This document shows positions 10,664 to 20,000 of a stretch of 20,000 nucleotides of DNA, one piece after another. Made by a program: the position numbers and the translations under genes. The stretch lies in NCBI GenBank assembly GCA_009602725.1, contig WELB01000006.1:466220-486219 (forward strand). Direction: 5' to 3'. The notes beneath the pieces were generated by a model. That model searched no databases, was not told the origin of the DNA, and was given only the letters and a program-made list of their open reading frames with translations. Each line of letters opens with the position of its first letter. Positions within the stretch are counted from its first letter, which is position 1. This stretch comes from Spirogloea muscicola (taxonomy: Eukaryota).

Positions 10664-13215
10664 TTATAAGTCAATGTGATGGGGAGCCAATACCAGAGCT
10701 ATGGTCACTAACACGCTTGCTATTAGCAACCATCCATTGCATGGCTGGCTGCTCAGCGCGCTTGAGGAAGGATTGAGTGAAGCTTCATCAAGCGCAATCG
10801 TGAAATTGCATCCCATATGGGACGGGTCGACGTCTACAATCCGCCCTGTCCCATTGAAACTGCAGGCTGTGTCCTTCTGGCCGAGTGCCTGGTAGTAGGA
10901 GTTATAGCCGTAGCTTGCGTGTGCAGCGAGGGAGTTGGGCAAGTAGCAGCTGCCGCCCTCCAGCGTGGGGGTGCAATCACCCGCCACCGTGTTGCTGCAG
11001 ATGAAGCTAAGGCTGTTGTCTACCGTGTTAGAGCTGCCATTGGAGGCGTCTGCGACGCACCAGCGGCGTGCAAGGTACAGGACGCCCTTGGCGCTCACCA
11101 TGGTGGCATTGGGATTGCCAGTCCCTGCCAGGTCGAGCGCATACTTGGCAGTGCCGTCGTAGTTGAATATGCCCCAATGACGCTCAAAGGGCCCCGGCGC
11201 CACCGACTTTGCGTTCTCGTCAATGATAGAGAAGAGGTAGCCGTTGATGACCTGCCCAGGCAGCGCGGGTGTGCCGGCGCCAGAGAGAAAGTGCTGGATG
11301 GCGCCCTGGTTGAACTCCTGGGCGCTGGCCATGTTCGCGTGCGCCTCCCCATCTGTCGGCCACCCAAACTCCCCGACTATGACTTCCACCTGGAGCATGG
11401 ATAGAAGAATCGCACACGTTCAATGCTCAAATGGCATGCAAAGGCAGCGCAAAGTTCAGCAGCTTACAACGGCAATTGGACTCAGCTTAGAGATGGACAT
11501 CCACTAAAAGGATTCACTGAAACTTGTTCCTCCAGACATGCTCAAGCATCAACTGCCAGGAAGGCTGCACCACAGCGTACTGAATATGAGGGGCCGGGAC
11601 CACAGCATGTGAGCAAGGAGAGGTAGTAGAAAGCTTAAAGGATGACTCACATCGGTGACTCCCACCTTGGCCATCGCAGCCAGCGTGGCATCATACGTGG
11701 CATCAAATACGTTACCGTAAGTCAGGCCTGTCCCAGGATCCACAAAGCTGCTCGTGCCATTTCTCCCAAAGAAGATGAAGTTGGGATCGGTTGTTGAGTT
11801 GGAATTCAAGGTAAGAACAAGGTAGGGGTAGATGTTGATGACAAATGGCGCCTTCGTTTGGCTCATGAACGTCACAACCTGCTGCATGATGGGTGCAACA
11901 TCGGACCGGAAGATGCCCACTGACGGTGGGTAGGACTCGCCGAGCACGTCCGCGTTGAGCGGCGTCGTCACCTTCACTGTATTGTCTAGCTTGCGCTTTC
12001 GTAGCGCGGAATAGATGTTGAGCATTGCTGGGTACAGGATGTTGAGAAACTGCATGGCGTAGTTGGACAGGAACACCTCATTGCCCACCGCCACATACCT
12101 GCCCAAAGACATCGCGTATCAGCACGTGATGCAAGTGTAGCTCCAGTCCACAAGCCGCGCAGCAACAGACATGTGCTGTTTGTTGTCTTCAGATGTGCAG
12201 ATTGATGAACTGCACTGTTCATTCGGTCGTGTCAGGAAGTGTACTTAATGGAGACGCCGCCTGGGAAGATGTAGCGCATGACATTGTGGTCCACCCAGTC
12301 CTGGGCAGCCTGCTGGTTGGTCGCCATTGTCGCCAGCTCCTCGTTACGCACTGTCACCATCACCTGCACCCAACGATCTCGGCAAAAAGCTCAGGCTTCT
12401 GAAGCAGGAGCTCACAGACACCCAGAGATGCACTACTGCCGAGCTGTTCTCCTTGCTAACATCACCTCAGCAATAACATTGCGATACTCTGAGCAACCCA
12501 GCCAGGTGGCTCACCTCGATGTTGTACCCGGCCATTGCCCGCAGTGTCGCCTCGTCGGCGTCAAACAGCTTCACCTTCTTTATGTTGTTGTCCTGCAACC
12601 ACACCCATTCCCCCCCAGGCAAAGGATAGCCCAAGTGGCCCTCAGCGTCCATGACAACATGGAAGAAGCTGGCTTCCTTGGCAGAGTAAGCAGCCATTTC
12701 TCACTTCCCCTCAGCTCGCAGCTGTGTGTAGCATCTCTTGCCCTCTCAGACGTGCTGTACATATCAGACTTGCTACAGCTGACACGGGGTTTTTGAGAGG
12801 GCCCTGTTGCCCAGCCTGACTGCTCTGCGTAGTCAGCTTAACTTTGAGCTCCCTTCGTAAGCACTCGGCTGGCTTTGTCAGCTGCCCCTATCAGCAGCCG
12901 CGTTCCACAAGAGGAGAGGCTGCTGTGTGGTGCCAAACATATTCATGGCAACAACGATGCCAACAGCAAGGTGGTGCTACAGGCAAACGCTAAGGGCATG
13001 CCAGCAGCAAAAGAGAGGAGGGAAGAGGAAGCGGCCTTCACCACGAGCATCTGAACAACCATCTTGGGTGGCAGAGGCTGATTGGACACGCGGCCCCAGT
13101 TGACGCCAATGGACGCCCCCTTGGCCTGGCCGGCTACGCCGGCCACACAGCACAGAAGCGCGGCCAGGGCGACCAGCGCCCGCTGGGGAACCCGGTGTTG
13201 CCCAGGCCTGAGCAT
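10664..13215 (-). CDS. Glucan endo-1,3-beta-glucosidase (GH17 + X8/CBM43), signal peptide and probable GPI anchor, 5 coding exons, ~514 aa
   Basis: Exons (minus) 13215-13042, 12592-12515, 12363-12245, 12098-11651, 11389-10664. Signal ALVALAALLCCVAGVAG; IGVNWG; KKVKLFDAD; YVAVGNE (acid/base Glu); INIYPY; IVGEFGWPTDG (nucleophile Glu); FERHWGIF; X8 WCVA..C..SYGYNSYYQ..CSFNGTG..DPS..C; Ser-rich spacer plus hydrophobic tail. Alternative in-frame ATG at 13284. Confidence 0.95.
12764..12912 (+). mobile_element. Relic 3' end of the same retrotransposon family inside GH17 intron 1 (antisense to the gene)
   Basis: TCA GAC TTG CTA CAG CTG ACA CGG GGT TTT TGA = SDLLQLTRGF* (compare SDLHLLTRGY*), then hairpin cggctggc-ttt-gtcagctg (12866-12884) and tatcagcagccgc..ccacaagag, similar to 14180-14192 and ~14743-14768. 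Confidence 0.7.
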
Positions 13216-13670
13216 GGGCCCACCGGCAGCCTTTGCAAGGCCGCTGAGATAGCTGCTTCTGCAGGACTGTGGCTGTCCGCCCATGGAGGTGATGGGCGGC
13301 GCGGGCTGCGCTGCAGCCGCGGGCTGTCTCCCTGGAGGACACGGCCGGGGCACCTGCATGCCTGCGACGCTCAAAGAGGCGCCGAGCATCCAAGATGGCC
13401 CCACCTCAAAGGAAGGCCTCGCGGAGACCTGTCCTGCACCTCCTGCGGCCCCCCCGCCACACCGGTCCCTGCCCTGGCCCTGTGCAGGCTTGCGCTGGAT
13501 CATCGGGGGCCACTGCAACGCCCACTGCCTGTAAGCTCCGCCAATTGCCACAGAGCTTTGGGGCCTCCTCTGCGCTCTTTCCCCTCTTCTGCTCCCCCTT
13601 CTCTTCCTTTGGCTGCCCTGGCGACGTTGTGCACCTCCCTCCCTGCACCTCTCCTCAGATTACCCCTCCG

Positions 13671-13672
<2 letters not shown>

Positions 13673-13707
<35 letters not shown>

Positions 13708-13709
13708 TC
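13673..13709. repeat. (CT)n / (GA)n microsatellite upstream of the GH17 coding region
   Basis: About 15 perfect CT units then ccctctc; probably within a 5'-UTR intron of the GH17 gene. Confidence 0.9.
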
Positions 13710-16477
13710 GCGCGCCCTCTCTGCCTCTCCTCCTGCCTCCCAACTGCCTCCGTCAGTCCTAGTACCGCGCTTCCGTCGCGTCTGCTGCCTCGGCCTCCTC
13801 CCTGGCGCCTCGCCGCTGCGCTGCGCGCCGTCCCTGTGCCGCCGCGAGTTGCCGCCCTCCGGCCCCTCCGGGCGCGCGCGCAAGCCGCCCCCGCCCACGT
13901 TGCCCGGAGGCGGCGCAGCGCTGCGCAGCGCTGCCCAACGCCGCCGCCGCCGCCGCACGCCGGTTGCGGAGAAGACCGCGGGGGCTGTCGCGCCCGCGAG
14001 TACCTGTGCCCGGCGCAGGGCGAGGCGGCGAGCGGGCGACGCGGAGGAGGAGGTGGTGTGGGGGGGAGGTGCGCGGTCGCCGCCTTCCTCTCTCTTCTAA
14101 GAGCGCCCTGGCTGTCTAGCCTGTGGCTCCGTCATGAACACCTGTATGCATCTGGCTGGCTTTCACAGCCGCTCTTTTAATATCAGCAGCCGCTTGAGCT
14201 CTTCCTCGTTTCCTCGGCGCACCACCTGCCCCGGACGCGGCCTTCGAACGGCGCCCGGGCAAGGTCAACCCCCAACGGCCCCTTCCCTCCACTCTCCCTC
14301 CATTTTCCCGCGCCCTTGGCTCGACCTGTTGGCCAGGCTTGCACGGCGGTGTCCCGCAGGCGCGGTGAGCCGGCTGACTTCAACGCCGCTGGCTCGTGGC
14401 CTCAGGTATATCGTACGCGCTTGTCCGTCTCCCTCCAGCGGTCCATGGCCCACGCCTTGCATCTGCGTGCTGGCCGTGCTCTCGCTGCGGCCTCCGGCTT
14501 TCGTCAGGGGGATAGTTTTCCGGCAGCTAGTCTGTCGGATGAGGCTCCTCACTCGTAACTACTGAGTGGTCCATCCTCCCCCGTTCTGCCATTGCCTCTT
14601 CAGGCCCCGCAGTCGCTGCTTAGCTCGTAGTTTGGCCCCTTCGAACCTTGTCAATTCTTTTCGGGCTGGCTTCTCACAGCCCTTGCCCCCATTGGGAGAG
14701 CCACTTCTTCTTCTTGGTGGCAAGAGAAGCCGCTCCTTTAGTATCAGCGACTGCATTCTCCAACAAGAGAAAAATGAAAATGATAGAAGGCGCGCTGCGC
14801 CTTTCATTCCAACGCTCACTAGCCTACGCCGTCCACACGCGAGCAGGCCGTGCTATGGCTGCTGCCTCTGGCTCTCGGCGCAGTGCCTCTTTCCCTTTTT
14901 TTCGCACCTGCGTGCTGGCCGTGCTCTCGCTCTATGGGCGAGCCGTCTTCTTGCTGGCCGTGCTCTCAGTGCTGCCTCTGGCTTTTGATACTTTTCCGGC
15001 AGCAAGTCTGTCAGGGGCGATGCAGATCACCCGATGCAGATCACCCGGTTGGGATGATTTCGCGGCCCTGGCGATGGATGTACACGGGGTTTTCGGCAGC
15101 CGCTGGCTGGATCTCATTCAGCGGCTTGCCCGCCAGGCCATTGACCGGCGGCCGGGTCTGCCAGGGGAGCAAGCGCGGCCAGATTAACTGGTGGTTGGGA
15201 GAGGCCAGCCCAGAAGAATGGACAAGGTCTGAAGGAGCCGGAGTGCTAAGGACCAGGGGCGATGCCCGCCTTCAATGCCGCCGGTTCGCTCGCCCAAGTC
15301 TTCCGCATACGCCTGGCCGTATCGCTTCAACGCTCCCTTGCCCACGCCGTCCACACGCGAGCAGGCCGTGCTATGGCCGCCGCCTCTGGGTCTCGGCGGA
15401 GTGCCTCTTTCCCTGCAGCGAGCTACTCAGACCTGATGTTGCTCAGTCGTGGGTACTGAGCTTCCCTCTGCATCGTCTATGTGTTCTGCAGTGTTTTGTA
15501 GTGTAGTCCTATTTCCGGCTCCTCTTTCTTTGGCTTTGGACATTGTCCATTCTTTTTTTGGGCTGGCTTTGCCAGCCCCTCTTCTCTATGGGCGCGCACT
15601 TCTCTCGATTACCCTTCAGCAGTCCATGGCCCACGCCTTGCATCTGCGTGCTGGCCGTGCTCTCGCTGCGGCCTCGTCAGGGGGATAGTTTTCTTCATTC
15701 TTTTTTGGGCTGGCTTTTTCCAGCCCCTATCCTCAATTGGCGAGCCCTTCATTTCCGGCAGCAAGTCTGTCGGATTTGAGGCTCCTCACTCGTAACTACT
15801 GAGTGGTCCATCCTCCCCCGTTCTGACATAGCATCTTCAGGCCCCTTCGTAGCTGCTTAGCGCTGTTTAGGCCTATCCATCATCTGGCCCCTTCGAACCT
15901 TTGTCACTTCTCTTCGGGCTGGCTTTTCACAGCCCTTGCCCCCATTGGGAGTGCCACTTCTTCTTTCGTTAGGGTTATTGTTTTCCGCCAGCTAGTATGT
16001 CGGATTTGAGGCTCCTCACTCGTTGTTATTGAGTGATTCATCCTTCCCTAGTTTAGAACTAGCATCTCTGGCCCCTTCGTCGTTTGGCCCCTTCGATCCT
16101 TGTCGAATGTTTTTGGGCTGGCTTCTTACAGCCTTTGCCCCCATTGGAAGAGCCACCACTTCTTCTTTCCCTGCAGCGAGCTACTCTGATTTGATGTTAC
16201 TCACTCGCGGGTACTGAGCTTCCCTCTGCATCCTCTTGTATTTCGTAGTGTAGTCCTTTTTCAGCACCTTTTTCTTTTGGCTTTGGACATTGTCCATTCT
16301 TTTTGGGCTGGCTTTGCCAGCTCCTCTTCTCTATGGGCGAGCACTTCCTTCTTGCTGCGCGGTGCGCATGGACCAAAAGATTGGCCACTTCAAGCCATTA
16401 CATCAATCAGGCAAGAAGAACGAAGAAAGTGCGCGCCCATGGAGAAGAGGGGCTGGCAGAAAGAAACGCTCTTCTAG

Positions 16478-17020
16478 GAACGGAAGTACTCGGATCACCC
16501 AGTAGGCGACGACTTCGTCCTACTCGCCGTCGACGTACACGGCGCTTTTGGGACGGAATGGCTTGACCTTCTTCACCGCCTTGCGCGGCGGCGTGCAGTG
16601 GCCCCCCGCCACGGGCAGCAAAGCGAGCAGCCTGGCTTCAATGTCGCCGGGTCCCTCGCTCAAGTCTTCCGGATGCGCTTGGCCATCTCCTTGCAGCGGT
16701 CCCTTGCCTTCGCGGTTCACTTGCGCGCAGGCCGTGCTTCGGCGGCGGCCTCCGACTTCCGTCAGGGCGACATCTATCCGCCTGCTGGCTATTCCGATTT
16801 GCATCTACTGACTAGAGGTTACTGAGAGTCCCCTTGCTCCCGTCTTGGCACTTAGTACCTTGCTTTCTGCACCATCCGGCTCCTTCAGACCTTGTCCATT
16901 CCCTTGGGCACAAGACATTTGTAAGGCTAGATTGGCCTCCCTTTCGATTTCATGCGCACCGCGCGCCTTCTCTCGTGGGCTGGCCTCTCACAGCCACCAA
17001 TTGGGCCGCGCTTTCTTTCG
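16478..17020 (+). pseudogene. Best-preserved retrotransposon fragment: last 115 codons of the ORF plus 3' UTR
   Basis: Uninterrupted frame 16478-16825: ERKYSDHPVGDDFVLLAVDVHGAFGTEWLDLLHRLARRRAVAPRHGQQSEQPGFNVAGSLAQVFRMRLAISLQRSLAFAVHLRAGRASAAASDFRQGDIYPPAGYSDLHLLTRGY*. No ATG start at its 5' end; preceded by TAG. Confidence 0.8.
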
Positions 17021-17051
17021 ATGTAAGGCAATGGCTGTGAGAGGCCAGCCC
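16977..17051. repeat. Perfect 20-bp inverted repeat made from the retroelement 3'-UTR hairpin
   Basis: gggctggcctctcacagcca (16977-16996) and tggctgtgagaggccagccc (17032-17051). Confidence 0.9.
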
Positions 17052-18040
17052 TGTAAGGGGCAGAAAGAATGAACGCTCCGTGACTTCTGCGAGAGGGGCA
17101 ATCAATAAGTCAGGCCGTGTTCTAGCTGCAACCTCTGGCTTCCATCAGGGGATTGCTTCGCCCACAACACCGCCGTAATCACCACACATGTGGTTGACTC
17201 CAATCCAGGGCTCTCTGCCTCGAAGACTGGGCATGCAGCTGCGATTTCCGCTCGTGCCAAAGAGGTTCGCCCCCCACAATTTGCACTTGATTCGCTTTTG
17301 CCTGGGAAGTGTACTGGCTTGGCTTTGCCTCCTCTCACTTCATGCACATCATGCGCCTACTAGTAAAATGAGAATCACTTGTATGCTGTTGTTGAAGCTT
17401 GACTGCTCTGGGTGCGATTCAGTCGAAAACAATGCTCCAACACAGATGCCACAGTTTACTTGATTGTGCCATACTTCTGTGCCTCTGCCCTTTCAAAAAC
17501 AGATAGGCACCTCCAAGTCCACGCGCGTGAATAGTACACTTGGCTGATGTTTCCACCGCCTTGCATGAACAGGCATTGTCGTGTCATCATCATACTACTG
17601 TGTATAGGCTGGTGCGTGACATGCGTGGTGCAGGCGATGCACATGCAAGTTCTGCAACCTCGATTGTCTGCACGAGTCTGTTAAAAGTAGCCTTGGTAAG
17701 AGGTACTGAAGATGGTCTATGCAGAGTACCAGGAGTCACGACTGAGCGCTCATTTATGGACATTTATGTGTGACGCAAGTCTTCCATTCCTCCAAGAATA
17801 CAATCAGGGGCTTGCTCATTGATTTGGATCATGCCACTACAAAGCAGGCCATGGGGACCAGCACCACTTGCATCTACTGCACCAGATGCTATAGAGTGTG
17901 TTTGCCGGCTTTTTTGTACTGCGGCTGACCTGAGAACTGCCTCATTCCAGTTCTACTGATGGGCTGTGGCAGTTTGCAGGTCAGGCAGTGAATGTGGTCG
18001 CCTGCAGTTGCGGCCTCTTCTTGCATTTATGCCTGGCAAC

Positions 18041-19877
18041 CTAGAGTTGCTGGCTCAGTCTTTGCTTCTTTTCCTCAGCAAGTAGCTCCCTCACATTTTC
18101 GATGCCATTCTGCAGGAGAATACAAGTACACCAAGAGATATGTAAGTCTTGTGTGTGTGCTCAAGCTGTTGCAACGGAGTCAATGTCTAGGCCTGAAAGT
18201 TGGCCAGACACCTTGTGCAGTAACTGAGATGCTCATTCTCCAGCTCATCTCATGTAGCATGCTGATGTAAGGAGTGAGCAAGGCTGGGTGGCTGCAGAGC
18301 TAGCTGCACTCACTTGGGCATAGTGATTGTGGCTGTCAAAGATGAGAGCCCTTCCATATGCATGCTCAGCACGCTCCAGCTTGTCCACGACTGTGCAGCT
18401 CGGCATGCCTCTTGCCTTGTTCTCCTGAGCCCATCTCAAGTACGCTCCCCCTGCCCTGATGTAGCCCTTGGTGTAGCAGGGATTCATTGACACTGCTGTC
18501 TCGGCATCCTGAAAAGATGGAGCAAGGCGTGAAGAGTCAACGAGGTGTCGGATGGGCAACATTGGCTTGGCCGAGCTTGCATCTAGCCAGTCCAGGCTAA
18601 CGCTTTATGAAACTCTCCACTACCTCTTACAGGGCACACTGCCTTACCTTGGCAGCCTGCGCGTGCCAGGCCAACTTCAGCGCTGCAGCCGCGCGATTGC
18701 CAAAGTAGCTAGCCTTGCGACAGTTCTTCACGGCCTCCGAGTAGCAGATGTATGCTCCCCTGCAGATCAAAGGCAGGCATACTTCATTCAATCGCTCTGC
18801 ACGCGCGACTTCATGCCTCATCTAACAAGGACAAATGTGTCTAGGGATCAATGCACCAGCTCCCGCAGGTCGAGACTGACCTGTAGTCACCCCTGCTGTA
18901 GCGGTCCACTCCTTCCTCGTTCGCATCTGCTGCCCTGCTCTCCCGCACCTCTTGCCGGTGACCGTGCTGGGACCCATGTCCAGCAGCCGAGACGATCTGC
19001 CGAGCACCCGCCTGCGCCTGCTTCTCGGACCAGAGCAGGACGTGGCCGTCGACGTAGACGTGGGAGTCGGGGCTCTTGGACGAGGAAAAGCCCCTGGAGC
19101 CGAGGCTGGCAATATCCGCCACTTGCGCCGGCAGCGGCGAGAGGCATGGGGACGAGGCCTTGGAGGAGGAGGGGCTGGAGGTGGACGGGGAGTCCGAGTA
19201 GGAGGACGACATCTGGGCGAAGCGGGGGGACGGCCCCGAGGAGGAGGAGTAGCCGGGCGAGTGGGGGATGTGGATGGAGGGCGGGTGCAGCCTCGAGCCC
19301 CTCGGCGTGCTGGCGTAGTCCGCCGTGGACGACGACGTCCAGGTGGGGAAGCGCCGCGCGCCCGGCCGGTCGAGCTGCTCGTCCAGCTCCTCCACGCTCC
19401 CGGACCTCCGCATGGCGCTGTCGAGCTCGAAGCGCGACCGGAGGCTGCTCGTGTGGACGTCCACCTCGCCGCTGGGAACGGTGCTCAGCGAGGTCGGGTA
19501 CGTGGAGAAGGGTTGCGGCCTGCGGTACTGCCCGTGGCTGGACTGCTGGCCCCGGAGCGTCGTGGGGCAGCTCGTGGAGCGGTGGTGGCGGGAGGATGAG
19601 GACGAGGGCGAGGGCGATGACGGGTCGGCGACGGGGCTCAGCGGCGGCCGCTGGCCGCTGCCGCCGCGCGGGCTGGTCCTGCGCTGCGCCGCGGGCGGCG
19701 CGGGCCCGCCGGCCGCGTACGCGTCGCCAGTGCCGTGGAAGGTGCCCAGCGAGAGCTCGGCGAGCCGGCCCTCATAGTGCGTGGCGAGCCGGTCGCCGAG
19801 GGGCTCTGCGAAGCCGGCGTCGGCCTCGACGGCGGCGGCCCAGGCGAGGTCGTCGGGGCGGTGCGGCCGCGCGCCGG
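18041..19877 (-). CDS. TPR-domain protein (3 TPR motifs) with long Ser/Pro-rich disordered N-terminal region; 5'-partial
   Basis: Exons (minus) >19877-18881, 18759-18648, 18508-18314, 18109-18041. Frame is open without stop from the poly-A edge. AADANEEGVDRYSRGDYRGAYICYSEAV / SYFGNRAAAALKL..AAKDAETAVSMNP / YTKGYIRAGGAY..AEHAYGRALIFDSHNHYAQNGIENVRELL fit the TPR consensus. Confidence 0.88.

Positions 19878-20000
<123 letters not shown>

Larger units (their letters stand above)
14150..17060 (+). mobile_element. Nested cluster of 5'-truncated non-LTR retrotransposon 3' ends (RLE-encoding, CRE-like), at least 3-4 subfamilies
   Basis: Recurring peptide RKY..HPVGDDF..AxDVHGxFG..WLDL..RLAR..FNAAGS..RLxVSLQRSxAHAxHxRAGRA..SDLxLLTRxY*, with stops at 14565, 15459, 15802, 16032, 16217 and 16825. 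Each stop is followed by a related 3' UTR with a GGGCTG..CAGCC hairpin and a CTTC/TTC-rich end. The KY / F..A.(E/D)..G / RLS..LQR..A pattern is the C-terminus of restriction-like endonuclease domains of CRE-type LINEs. Confidence 0.8.

Noticed and set aside
13195..14180. 301-aa and 261-aa plus-strand ORFs
   Set aside because: Low-complexity GC-rich frames crossing a CT microsatellite, antisense to the GH17 5' region, with no recognisable domain.
14134..15506. ORFs 14134-14565, 14648-15187 and 14850-15506 as host genes
   Set aside because: They are chance read-throughs of frameshifted retroelement fragments and UTRs.
14150..17060. CRISPR array or simple satellite
   Set aside because: Repeat units are of unequal length, diverged, protein-coding and nested; there is no constant repeat-spacer period, and the context is eukaryotic.
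18952..19777. Plus-strand ORFs of 215 and 150 aa
   Set aside because: Antisense to the GC3-rich TPR exon.

Overview
Eukaryotic, GC-rich, intron-rich genomic DNA. The gene content (TBL acetyltransferase, GH17-X8 glucanase) points to a streptophyte, probably a charophyte alga (inference). Five spliced protein-coding genes were reconstructed by hand, all with GT-AG introns and consistent phases: (1) a small NTF2/SnoaL-like protein resembling a mainly fungal family (+, 2053-3403); (2) a rhodanese + dual-specificity phosphatase + FHA protein (-, 7146-4442); (3) a TBL/PC-esterase O-acetyltransferase interrupted by an assembly 'n' (+, ~7402-9842); (4) a GPI-anchored GH17-X8 beta-1,3-glucanase (-, ~13215-10664); (5) a 5'-truncated TPR protein (-, >19877-18041) that runs into a terminal poly-A. 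The most unusual part is 14150-17060. It is a nest of 5'-truncated 3' ends of several subfamilies of a CRE-like, restriction-like-endonuclease non-LTR retrotransposon, inserted into one another with visible target-site duplications and sharing a conserved 3'-UTR hairpin. Further relics of this family lie at ~895-1260 (-) and in GH17 intron 1. All family assignments come from motif recognition, not database searches.
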